Assembly (NCBI RefSeq): GCF_004010195.1
Contig: NC_057758.1
Location: 2,108,029-2,172,028 of the forward strand
Reading direction: 5' to 3'
DNA: 64,000 bases
Source of the DNA: Chiloscyllium plagiosum
Lineage: Eukaryota
The notes under the pieces are model-generated. The model did not search any database and was not told the DNA's origin. It saw only the letters and a list, made by a program, of their open reading frames with translations. Below are positions 52,600 to 64,000 of this stretch, one piece after another (position 1 is the first letter of the stretch; every line of letters starts with the position of its first letter). Made by a program: the position numbers and the translations under genes.

Positions 52600-53320
52600 G
52601 AAGGGAAGAATGATATAGGTATATAAAGAGAAGGACGTTCAGAGAGAAAGAAAAAGAGTGGGAGAAACAGAGTGAGAAAATTCGGCGAATATATTGGGAA
52701 GCGATAAAGAAAGACAAGGAGAAGTGATAAAATGCAGATGGGTATAAAGATGGGGTGTTAGAAATAAATGGGGAGACAAGCAAGAAGTGAAACAAAAGCT
52801 GAAAAGCAGAGGGAGACGCAGAAGTCAAATAAAGATATAATATGAAGGGGATAAAGAGAGAAGGCAGATAGCAGAGAAGTTTCAGGGAGGGAGATGCAGT
52901 GTTGAAAAGGGTGGGATTGTTAAACGGAGAGGGAGACAGTTTGGGAAAGATGGGGAAAACCAGTGACACCGATTCTGAGGAGGAGAACAAGAGTGTGCAA
53001 AAGCGGTTAGAATGAAATATCAGAACACAGAGAGTAAACAAACTGTGAGAATTAAGGAAACACAAACACATGGAGAAACTCGAAACGAGAAGCAGACATG
53101 GCAATAAGAGACAGAAGGAGGGACAGAAGGGGAAAGTGAGGGAAGGAGAAGCAGAAACGTATAAACAGAGATTAAGGAACACTTGTAATGCTAATATTTG
53201 GCAGAAACAGAGGGCGAGTAACTGAGACAAGAAAAATAAACGGGTGAAACAAAATTCGTTATAAAGAGGGGGGAAAACAGCGATAGAATCAAAGGAGATC
53301 GGAAAAGAAGATGGAGAGAT
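52600..53320. repeat. Degenerate GA-rich low-complexity tract
   Basis: Purine-rich imperfect (GA)n. Confidence 0.8.
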
Positions 53321-53539
53321 AATGATAGGTTCGTAGCCAGTGCCTGTGAAGTTACAGTTCTATGATGATAACAACATTGTAGCTTCGCAATTGCAACATG
53401 TTCTGAACATTTACTGACATCCCGTTCCTCCCTGTCAGAATAAGCATACCATGTGCGCAGTGACAACTGGGAGAAGGATAAGAGGTGATTAACATTTATG
53501 GCAGTGTTATTCCCAACTTGGAGAAAACAGTGCGTCAGA

Positions 53540-55570
53540 GGGAGAATGTGTGTACGTAATCAAAATAGACTGAATTACAGAAACAAAACCCTTCTGCTAA
53601 TTAAAACAAATGGACAGAAAAGCCCTCGACGCCTCATACTCTGTAAAGCATGAGTGAGAGCAAACTAGACAAATTCCACTATTTAACTATTTAATGAAAA
53701 AAGAACAATGTACTCTTTAACTCCAAAAGAAAACGCTGAACAACAACTATTTACACTTTAAGCCTCTTTTAGTCTTAAACATTTGTTATCCACCTGCAAC
53801 AATCTACTGATTCTATAAAGCCCTTATTCAATTTAGAGCAAATCAATTTTCAGAAAAAAAATTGTGCGATCTCCCTGGGTCTTTGTTCTTCTTCTGTAAA
53901 GATGTTTCGTTTGAAAAGGTACCTTTTAGAGAGAGGGTTTGCGGGCAGTCTGTCCATGGAAATAGATACTCTTTCTCTGGCATTCTTACGACGTGCAACA
54001 TGCATGATTTTTAAATTCGAACTCTGTAACATAAGACTCCAGCGAAATTGGCTCATATTCGTTTCTTTAATGTCTTCCAAGATGCACGACGATTGTGATC
54101 CGTGCACACAACGGTCTCCGTTGTCTCACATTGTCCATGACATAAACATTACAATGTTGTAAGGCTGAACGAAATTCCACAATTCCGTTTCGATTGTCGA
54201 GTATTTTCTGTGGTGGGTGTTGAGATTGTTGGCAAAATAACCAACTGGCAGTTTAATTCAATCATCACCTTCCTGTGCAGTACAGCTCCAACGCCTATAT
54301 CTGAGCATCCATTGCAACTCTGGAGTGTTTCAAACGGTTTGGTGTAGCAATAAATGGTGGTCAATACTGCTTGAAAATTATCAAATGACTCCTGGCAATG
54401 TTCAGTTCACCGAACTTTTGTGTTCGTCTTCAGCAAATCTGTTAATGAGGCCACTATGCTGCTGAGGTGTGGAATAAATTACCGCTAGAATCCACTAAGT
54501 CCCACAAATTGAAGTATCTGTTTCTTCAAATTTGATCGTGGAAGTTCCTTGATGACCTTTGTCTTTGCGTTGCTTGTAGTCAATCTTCCACGACCGATGT
54601 TATGACCCAAATGCGTCTCCATTGCTTTCGAAAATGCTGCTTTGTTGAAGTTTATAACCAGTGTTGCTTGTCTTAACCGTTCGAATAGCCCTTCCAACTG
54701 AACCATGTGATGAGTCCAGGAATCACGAACCATCTCTCCATCATCCAGATAGACTGCACCGTTTGTGAACCCAGACACATCTGGTGGGTTATTCATTCCA
54801 AATGGCGTCACTTTGAATTCGTACAGTCAATTTGTAGTTACAAACGCAAAGATTCATTTTTCCTTTCACTTGCGAATAACAACGCTGTAAGTCCAAATTT
54901 ATGATGTAACTGGTGTGTTAAACTTTCTCTATACAATCTTGGTATTGGGGATGAGACCAATTTTTTTTACAGTGCTGACCTTCCGATAGTCCACTCAAAA
55001 TCGTTGAGTCTCGTCAGGCTTGGGAACGAACACGATCAGCGAACTCCACTCCCTCTGATTCAGTTCGATGATATCTTTGTTAAGCATTGCATTTACTTTC
55101 TTCTGGACTTGTCTGGCTTTGTAAGGATTAAGACATTCAGGGTGTTGTTTTATAGGAACAGCATTCCCTACGTTTGCCGCATTAGTCTTCCTCATCTTGT
55201 TTCTGTATATGCCCTCATTCTGCTGATCAAATTTTTGACCTGTTGTTTTGAAGATTAGACAGATAGCTTACGAACCTATCCCACTCCACAAGTCTTCCTC
55301 ATTGTTCAACATATTTTGAGGCACATCATATTCCACAATATCTGGATTTGATTCGTCACTCTGCTGGGTAGTAACTGATTTCTGTTTCTCCAGATCCTCC
55401 CCTCTATTATAATAAGGTCTCAGCCTATTCACATGACATAACTGATGTAGTTTTTTCTCTCTATGTGGCATCTTTACCAGTTTACCTGACTACACTTTTA
55501 TTTCTCAATTTGATAGTGAACAGTGAACCTGGTTTTGATGGGATCTCGTACCACTTGTAACAATAGTGGA
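53540..55570 (-). mobile_element. Gmr1-type Gypsy 3' remnant (IN end, RT, RH, partial LTR)
   Basis: LCHVNRLRPYY (integrase C-terminus) precedes RT PFGM..AVYLDD and RNase H SDIGVGAVL. LTR-like sequence at ~53540-53990. Confidence 0.85.
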
Positions 55571-55579
55571 AGTACTAAG

Positions 55580-57380
55580 TGAATTTTTTCTTCGGTATTC
55601 ACATTGGATAAATACAATTTTGTTGAGGCGAATAATGACGTACAGGCTACTAGACTAGACGGGATTGACGTTCAAAAGGCAGAGATGTTAGCAATTCCGG
55701 AAAGTGTGAAAATACATAAATCCACTAATCCCGGGTGGGATTTACCATCGGATTCTCTGTGAAGCCAGGGAGGAGATTCTAGAGCTTTTGGCTTTGATCC
55801 TTATGTCGTAATTGTCTACAGGAATAGTGATAGAAGACTTGACGACAGCAAATGTTGTCCCCTTGTTCAAGGAGGGGTGTAGAGACAACCCTGGTAATTA
55901 TAGACATGAGAGCCTTACTTCGGTTTTGGGCAAAGTGTTGGAAAAGTTTATAAGCGTAGAATTTATAGTCATCCAGAGAGGAATAACTTGATTAGGGATG
56001 GGAAACACAGTTTTGTGAAGGTTAGATCGTTTCGCACAAACCACATTAAGTTATTTGCGATTGTGAAGAAGTAGGTGCATGAGGGTAACACAGTTGATGT
56101 AGTGTACATGGATTTCAGTAAGGCCTTTCATAGTAGGTCATGGTAACCAATCCCACTCCTAAAAGTCTTCCTCATTGGTTAACATATTTTGAGGCACATC
56201 AAATCCCATGGTAGGCTAATGAAAAAATACAGAAGCATGTGATTGTTGGTGATTTAGCGGTTGGCTCAGAAGTTGTCTCGTTGAAAATAGACAGACGGTT
56301 GTAGCTAATGGGAAAAGTAGTTCCTGGAGATCAGTTATACTGGTGTACCACAAGGATCTGTTTTGGGGCCACTCCTTTTTGCCATTTTCATAAATGGCAT
56401 GGATGTGAACGTAGAAGGATGGATTAGTAAATTTGCGGATGACATTAACGTCGGTGAAGTTGTGGATAGTGCTAAAAGATGTTGCAGTTTATTGAGAAAC
56501 ATAGATAAGCTGCAGACCTGTGTGGGGAGGTGTCATTGAAGTTACTCTGCTTGGTATGTAGTTAACTTAGTGTTGTAATGCATGCACAGGATCATATTAC
56601 AGAGCTCGAGTAACAGCTAATGGTAGTGCACTTTGATAAGCTAGTCACATCACTGACAGATGAACTAATGCTGAAGACCATGGTTGTGTAATGTGATAGG
56701 TTAAGTGTAATGTAGTGAACCAGTGTGACAGGTGATGATTAGTTCACAATTCAAAGCCAGCCAGCATGATTGATTATGTTAATACTATCAGATAAGAGTC
56801 GGGGAATTGAGTGCAACAGTCAGACTGTAATGTTGCAAACGTAGAAGACTTTGGTTCGGCCATTCTTCGAGTATTGTGCACAATTCAGATTGCCACATTA
56901 CAGGAAGAATGTCGCAGAATTGGAGGGGTTGCAGAAGAGATTTATCATTATACCGTCTGCATATTAGAGATTATGAGATCTAAAGACAGACTGGGAAAAA
57001 ATGATTTTTATTTGCCTCTGCAGAAGGCTGAGGGGAGACCTGACTAAAACAATGTGAATTGCATAGATAGGGTTGACAATCAGTATCTTTTTCCTCAGAG
57101 TTGAGAAGCCTAAACCTCGGTGTTAATGCACTTAATTTGTGAGAGGGGTAGTTCAAAGGAGATGAGAGGAACAAGGGTATGGAACGCCCCGGTAGGAATG
57201 GTGATGGAGGCACGTCTGATATGGGCATTTCAAAGACAATTAGGTAAGCATGAATATGCAAGGAATGATGCATGGGCCCGGGGCAAGCAGAAACGATTAG
57301 CTCAACTTAGTGTCATTTTCGGCACAACATTGTGGGCCGAAGAGCCCGTTCCTGCGTTTTACAGTAGTATGTTCTGCGTT
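55580..57380 (+). mobile_element. Degenerate CR1 ORF2 RT and 3' end
   Basis: [21 protein letters not shown] and a CR1 tail. Confidence 0.85.
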
Positions 57381-58072
57381 GTCAAAGCTTTGTGCACAGT
57401 TCACATGTACATGTTTCTCAGTTAGAATCGCAATTGGAGTTCAGTGCACAATTACAACTGCATATTTCTTATTTAGACGCACTTCTCCACTCCGTATCCC
57501 TCAGTTAAACCACGCAGTTCAATGTGACGACCTTAGTCATGATCCCCAACAGTCACAGTCTTTTCCTGGTTGATGTGAGATGGGATTGTCCCTTACAATG
57601 GTCCACAACATTCATATTCTCAGCCCGGTCATTTTGAGTAGTGATCCTGCACCCCTCAGTAACCCCAAAAAGAAGGCATGTGTTGGTTGACCTGATCATT
57701 GATCAGGCCCAGTTTTTTTTGAGCAGCCAGAATTTGAAAATTGTAACATCAAAAATTATGCAAACACCTGCGACTCGGTGTCCATAATTCAGCGAGACAC
57801 TGCCTGTTACAACAACACACATATTGTAAAGCTTTTGGCGGTTACAGTGGTGTTGGCACTGCGGGTGTTGTTGTTTCTGAACTGGCATCAGAAGTTCTAT
57901 TCTTTGGACGCTGCCTGAACTGCTGTGCTCTTCCAGCACCACTAATCCAGATATTTGTTTCACTGACGGCCGTGTGGAAAACAGGTGCAAGATGGGAAAT
58001 GGAGCGAAACAGGGTTGTGGGGTTATCAGTGATGGTCTATTCCCTCCCTCTGGTGCAGTGGAACAAGAGGAT

Positions 58073-58074
<2 letters not shown>

Positions 58075-58118
<44 letters not shown>

Positions 58119-58150
58119 TATGTGTGTGTGTGTGCACGCACGCGAGAGAG
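58075..58150. repeat. (GA)n(GT)n compound microsatellite
   Basis: Directly visible. Confidence 0.95.
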
Positions 58151-58339
58151 ATTTCAATGTATATAAAAGATGAGTTCATATCCAGACAATCATTGCTGCT
58201 TTGACGAAACTGAAATTCTTGGGAGCAGGCTGCGCAGTGGGGAAACCACTGTATTGCTCAGTTCGGGTTCTGCAGCTGGCGCTTCCTATTAAAGTCAATG
58301 CTAAAGTGAGGATGAAGTATTTTGCAACAAGTGGCTAGA

Positions 58340-58870
58340 TTTCTTATTATACACAAGCAGGAAGCTGGAAGGACACAGTAAGCCAGCCCAGTAGGAGGTG
58401 GAGAAGTCAGCGCCTAGTGTATAACCCTACTTCAGGACTGGGGGATTGCGTGAGGGGAGCTGTAAGTAAAGCAAGGTAGGGGAGGGCTGTCGATGAAGAG
58501 CGGGGCGGAGTGGTGAATTAGAGATCGGTGAATAGAAGGAGAGGATCCAGCCTGGTTGGCTAATGTGAGGCATGAACACATTTGGGGTCTGGAAGGAAGA
58601 CTCCGTAAATGGAATGGAATGACTGAGGTGGGGCTGGAAAGGGTGATTGGGCAGTGAAATAAAGATTATTTGAAACTGTAAACTCAGTGTTGTCTGCCCC
58701 AGACTGCAGGCTGCCCATGCAGAAGGTGTGGAGTTTTTGCTCCAATTTGCGGTCTGATCACTTTGACAACAAAGAAGACCAAAGATGATCATTTCGGAAA
58801 GAGAATGGAAAGGGAATAGAAATGGACAGTGACTGAGAGGTCAGGTCCACCCTTGTGGGACTGGCTGAGA
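58340..58870 (-). mobile_element. Penelope-like 3' end, inverted relative to 59050-60490
   Basis: Minus strand reads EQKLHTFCMGSLQ..EF (GIY-YIG C-terminus) followed by a PLE terminus. Confidence 0.65.
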
Positions 58871-58940
58871 TGCATTTGCGCTTAGATTAGAGTGGTGCTG
58901 GAAAAGCACAGCAGGTCAGGCAGTATCCGAGGAGCACAAA

Positions 58941-58977
58941 AATCGACGTTTCGGGCAAAAGCCCTTCATCAGGGATG
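58941..58977 (-). ncRNA. Minimal hammerhead ribozyme motif with intact core
   Basis: Minus strand reads atcc-CTGATGA-A-GGGC-TTTT-GCCC-GAAA-CG-TC-gat, within a PLE terminus (58885-59030). Confidence 0.75.
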
Positions 58978-59049
58978 GAAGTTAGACTATCTAGACTCTG
59001 GTTTCCAGCATCTGCAGTCCTTGTTTTTACATAGTGAATTTCAGTTTAG

Positions 59050-60490
59050 TTTGTGTTTGCGTTAACTACTGACTGCCAACATGAAATCTGCCACCTTGAT
59101 TTCTCCAACCCTCTCATCCACTCCAAACTCACCCCTTTCAAACATGTAACACGCCACTCTCTCTCCACCAATCCCGGCTTCAGCATTAGACCTGAGGATA
59201 AAAGTGCCGCAGTGATACTCTGAAGAATGCATCTCAGAGGCCAAGTGCTAGCTTTCCAATACCATGTCCTAACTCCCTCTTCATCATGATCCAACCATTG
59301 CCAACAAGGCAAGCATCACTCCAATGCCCGTGACTTCATCATTCCGGTAATCTCACCTCCACTGCTTCCAATTTGATCCTCCCCGAACACCACAGTGACC
59401 ATTTCTACCTGTTCCTGAAGATCCATAGCCCAACTACCCAGTCAACTCAACGTTTCCAGATGCTCCTGCCCTACCGAACTCATCTCGTCCTATCTCAAAT
59501 CACCTCTCTCATCCTTGGTTCTGGCACTCTCAACCATAACCGGGAGACCAATCAGGACCTCCGTCGCTGCAAAATCTTCCAGTTTCCTGGCCCCAACGCT
59601 TTAAATTCACGTTGGACATGTAATCGTTATACGGTCCAAATGTCACAAGGATGGCCTTCAAACCCTCAGCGACTTCCTATCCAACAGGCCCATCTTGACC
59701 CTAGAACAATTATCACCTCCACATTGCTGTAACAGTTGTCATCTTTAATAGTTTTTTCTTTTACTCCTCCCATTTCGTCCAAATCCAGGACATCATCTTT
59801 GGGCACTCAGATGTGCCCCAGAACACCTGCCTCTTTGTCGGCTACGTCGAACCTTCCCTTCTCAGTACCTGCAGAGTCGTTGTGTCCAACTCTTCCACCG
59901 TTACAGGAAGCAGTGCATTGAATTCACCTACAACTGTGGCCCAGCCCTCAAATTCACTTCATCCATCTCACGCACCTCCCTCGAGTTTCTTGGCTTCTTC
60001 ATTCCATCTCCAGTGACAGTTTCCAGTTGGATGTTTATTCTAAACCCACAGACCCTCACTAACAACTGGACTATAACTATCCACAACCCAATATCCTCCA
60101 AGGACTCCATCCCATTCTCCGGATTCCTCCACCTCCGCCTCATCTACTCGGATGAGGAGACATTCCATTCCCAAGTATCCCGGATGCCCACCTGTTTCGA
60201 AGAGCGTGCTTTCCCGGATCTGTCATCCACAATGCCTCCCCCGCACCACCTCCAGTCCATGTTGCTCGACTCTAAACGGCCTCCAAACGTAATAAATAGA
60301 AAGTCCTCTTTATCTCCACCCACGAATCTGCATATCAAATGCATCATCTTTAAACCCTTCTCACAACTCCAATTAGACTCCACCACCGAGAACGTCTACC
60401 CTTCAGCACCGCTGGGAACAAGGACCGTTCCCTTTGCCAATTCTTGGTTTGTGCCTCTCTCCCCACGAAACACCCCAAAACACTAGGTAA
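59050..60490 (+). mobile_element. Penelope-like RT region, degenerate
   Basis: DKSAAV, FYLFLKIH, LGTQM..CLFVGYVE and SKDSIPFSGFLHLRLIYS motifs. Confidence 0.8.
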
Positions 60491-60499
60491 ATTCCACTG

Positions 60500-63400
60500 C
60501 TACTGTCGACGGTCTGGTCTGCTGAGCACCTTCAAGTCTCTTGACGAAGATAAGGGTCGATCATTAGTACCTGTTTGGGACTCTGTGGGCATTCGTGTTC
60601 GAGACGCAGTTCGCAGCCAGGATCAGATGCGTGTACGCCACCGCACAGTGTCCTGTTCATGTTAACGGGTCCCTAAAGGCGCCCCTTTACATTGGGAGAG
60701 GATTACATCAAAGTTGCCCATGTCTGGCCAGATGCATTCCCTGTGTGTAGAGCCTGTCCTGCTCGACATGCAGATGAGATTGTTGAAAGTGAAGACGACG
60801 TTGTCAGCATAAGACTAGAGGACCATACCCGTGCCCACGCCACGCAGAATGTTAGTTATCCAAAGCCCGGTGTGCACCAAGTTTGTCATACTGAATGTAT
60901 CACCCCTAATTTTCCTTCTTGGAAGACCCCTTGAGCATGCAAGTAGGCGCAAAGCAAAAGTACCTTCGGTCAGCGTGCACAAATAACCCTAAAAGGGATT
61001 CATTATCTCCTGTGCGCATCCAGCAGTCTTTCTCTACTTGTGGAGTATATTACTGTGCTGCCTGTATCCCCTCTACTTGATCTAAAACCTTTTGGCTTCC
61101 CCTATTTTGGGAGCTTGTGGTACTCACACAGTTTTTTTTTAATGCTGCTTATCTCATTGCTTTGTAAACGCAAGCATTTATTCATGTGATTGCGTCATCA
61201 GGAGTGGTATGGCAGCACACTTTATCATAGCTATAGAGGAGGGGAGCATGATAGCCTGTGAAAGGTTGTTAATGGACAGGGCATGCTGCAAGTGCCTTCC
61301 AGAAAAGGTAAGAAATCCTCTATGGTTCCTCAGGGTTTGAAAATTATGTACAACTCCAAACACATATCTGGAGTCTTTGTCAATTTTAACAGACTTTTTG
61401 GCAGCAAGTATACCCGCTCTGGGAAGGACAAACGTTTGCACTGAACTCCCTTCTTTTAGCGCAGTTGTTTCAAGGGTTTCAAAAGATATGCTAATCGCGT
61501 GGACAGCTAGCATTTGGTGATCTGAGAGCCAAAACTAGGAGACAAGAAGTGTGTCTCGATTTTCTAACTGAGTTTCAAAGAGTTCATGGGGTGGAGTGGC
61601 AATCTTTTGGATTACATGCTGACCATCATGGTCTCCTGCTGGGGAATCCAGTACAACAGGGAGAAGGGTGACTGGCTTTAAAGCAGGGGTGCGCTGAAGC
61701 ATAAGCTAAATATGAGAAAGTAGGACGTCCTCATTGCTAGTTCAGTTGACAGAGTAAATTGCTGTGTTGCTGCGGAATTAAACAGCATACAAGCCGGATA
61801 AGGAACGGAAACAGTACACAGATTACGAAGTACAATTGGGATGGACTTTTCGAGCATTACAGGGGCAGCCGACAAAGCTCATAAACAGATGGGAATTCAC
61901 CTTACAACAGATGGTTACTGTACAGGAGAACCCCATGCAGTTCTGTTAGAATACCTCATGCATATCCCTCGTTTTGAGGAACATAAATCTGCAACGACTG
62001 TGAATAATTAGTGAAGCCAGATTAAGCATTTATTGAGATACTTAAAGGCTAGCGCTATTTCAGGTGTCGAGTTCACCTGGGTTATCTACGATGTCGACCG
62101 GAGAGGGACATCAGTAGGTCAATAGTGCGGTATCCAATGTCTGCAGGAATTCACCATGCTCAAAAAGGACAAAAGCTTAGTTCATGTACTGGGAGGAGAG
62201 AGGTTAATACTGGCTGTGAAAAGATCCTGAGACAGTCATCTATAGAACATAGAACTTCGAAGAATACAGCGCAGTACAGGCCCTTTGGCCCTCAATGTTG
62301 CGCCGATCCAAGCCCACCTAACCTACACTAGCCCACTATCCTCCATATGCCTATCCAATGCCCGCTTAAATGCCCATAAAGAGGGAGAGTCCACCATTGC
62401 TACTGGCAGGGCATTCCATGAACTCACGACTCACTGAGTAAAGAACCTACACCTAACATCTGTCCTATACCTACCACCCCTTAATTTAAAGCTATACCCC
62501 CTCGTAATAGCTGACTCCATACGTGGAAAAAGATTCTCACGGTCAACCCTATCTAAACCCCGAATCATCTTGTACACCTCCCAGAGTCTTATACAACTGC
62601 AAGATGACCTCAGTACTCCGGGACTCCATTCCTCTACCAATAAAAGCCAGTACGCCATATTCCTTCTTCACCGCACTATTTACCTGGGTGGCAACTTTCA
62701 AAGATTTGTGTACATGGACACCAAGATCCCTCTGCTCATCCACACTACCAAATATCCGACCATTTGCCCAGTACCCCATCTTTTGGTTACTCTTACCAAA
62801 GTGAATCACCTTTCTGCCCAGTTCTGCAGCTTATCTATATCCTGCTGTAACCTGCCACATCCTTCCTCACTGTCAACAACTCCTCCGACTTTCGTATCAT
62901 CTGCAACCTTCTAGCCCCTCCTCCAGGTCATTTTTAAAAATGACAAACAGCAATGGTCCCAAAACAGATCCTTGCGGAACACCGCTAGTAACGGCACGCC
63001 AAGATGAACCTTTACCATCAACTAGTACCCTCTGTCTTCTTCCAGCCAGCCAACTCCTAATCCAAACCTCCAATTCACCCTCAATGCCATACCTCCGTAT
63101 TTTTTGAATTAGCCTACCATGGGGAACCTTATCAAACGCCTAACTAAAATCCATACACACCACATCTACCGCTTTCCCCTTGTCCACCTCCTTAGTCACC
63201 TTCTCAAAGGATTCAATAAGGTTTGTGAAAAACGACCCGCCCTTCACAAAACCATGCTGACGATCCTTGATCACATTATTCCTTTCCAGATGTTCATAAA
63301 TCCTATCCCTTACAATTCTCTCCAAGACTTTGCCCACAACAGAAGTGAGACTCACCGGCCTATAGTTACTAGGGTTATCCCTACTCCCCCTCTTGAACCA

Positions 63401-64000
63401 GGGAACCACATTTCCTCCCTTACTTCCCAGAGAATCCTAGGATAAATGCCACCAGGCCCAGGGGACTTATCTATTTTCACCCTTTCCAGAATTTCCAATA
63501 CCTCTTCCCTACATACCTCAAAGCCATTCATTCTACATAATCTGAGACGGTGCAAACGTCTGTCGGCCAAACATTGTACTGTCTTTTGGCAGTGCTGCAT
63601 CTTTTCAACGGAGGCCTTATGTGCATCCTGAGCCGGATAGCGCATCAATGAAACAGTGCCATACCTGCAGGCATCAGGTGAATCGGAGGCCACGAACAAA
63701 TCATTGGCATACCGAACCAGGGTGCTTTGACATGACACGTGGCGGTCCTTCAGGGCCTGGTGTACCATGGAGGCACATACGGTGTGTTCTCCGTGTACCC
63801 TTGGGGAAGCTCTATCCATGTATATTGATGGCCGCTGTAAGTAAAAGCATAAAAATGTACTGGCGTCGGGTGGCAATGTAATTGTGAAAAAGGCCAAGCA
63901 GAGGTCAATGGCGGAAAAAAAATAGCCAGTTACAGGAAGGTTATTCCCGATCGCATTGGTGTCTGGCACCACTGTGGAGCAGGGGAAAGCAATGCCATTG
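60500..64000 (-). mobile_element. Endogenous retrovirus pol remnant (class I, epsilon-like), split by a CR1
   Basis: RT VPDTN..IDLCLAFF..RYANDL..HKASVEKMQHCQ (63560-63970); thumb FLSMVNSCRHWIPHY (~62120-62170); tether TQQF..PVTLLP; RNase H DSRYVFGVVHNF..RGFLT..IAMIKCAA. Runs off the window end. Confidence 0.85.
62240..63541 (-). mobile_element. Young CR1 fragment inserted in the ERV RT
   Basis: NYRPVSLTSVVGKVLE and QHGFVKG motifs; tagaacatagaac tail. Candidate TSD ctgagacagt (62227) / ctgagacggt (63542). Confidence 0.88.

Noticed and set aside
52595..53230. 211-aa hydrophobic ORF resembling a membrane protein
   Set aside because: It is an artefact of the CT-rich low-complexity strand and has no receptor motifs.
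58200..58330. ISRE-like GAAACTGAAA and kB-like GGGGAAACC next to an ATG
   Set aside because: Short motifs are expected by chance (a similar one is at ~8250), and no downstream gene is visible before a PLE.
1..64000. CRISPR arrays, operons or prokaryotic defence systems
   Set aside because: No regularly spaced repeats or dense ORFs are present; the sequence is vertebrate, repeat-rich DNA.

Overview
This is repeat-rich vertebrate DNA, most likely from a shark or other elasmobranch (inferred from HE1-type SINEs, HER1/CR1-type LINE tails and a Deu-domain SINE). It holds one apparently intact gene: a two-exon GPR139/GPR142-like class A GPCR (exon 1 16483-16552, missed by the ORF track; exon 2 17302-18194; 320 aa). 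A decayed, divergent paralogue lies on the - strand at about 50.2-50.9 kb. Most of the rest is nested, degenerate retroelements: CR1 and L2-like LINEs, Penelope-like elements (PLEs), Gmr1-type Gypsy elements (integrase before RT; one with both LTRs at 34139-42158) and two class I (epsilon-like) endogenous retrovirus pol remnants. The most notable hidden signal is a set of minimal hammerhead-ribozyme motifs of three sequence types at PLE termini. Some of these lie in short foldback elements flanked by 12-13 bp target-site duplications, which suggests they moved as units. A diverged non-TE block upstream of the GPCR is also duplicated. All calls were made by eye, family names come from recalled motifs, and repeat boundaries are approximate.
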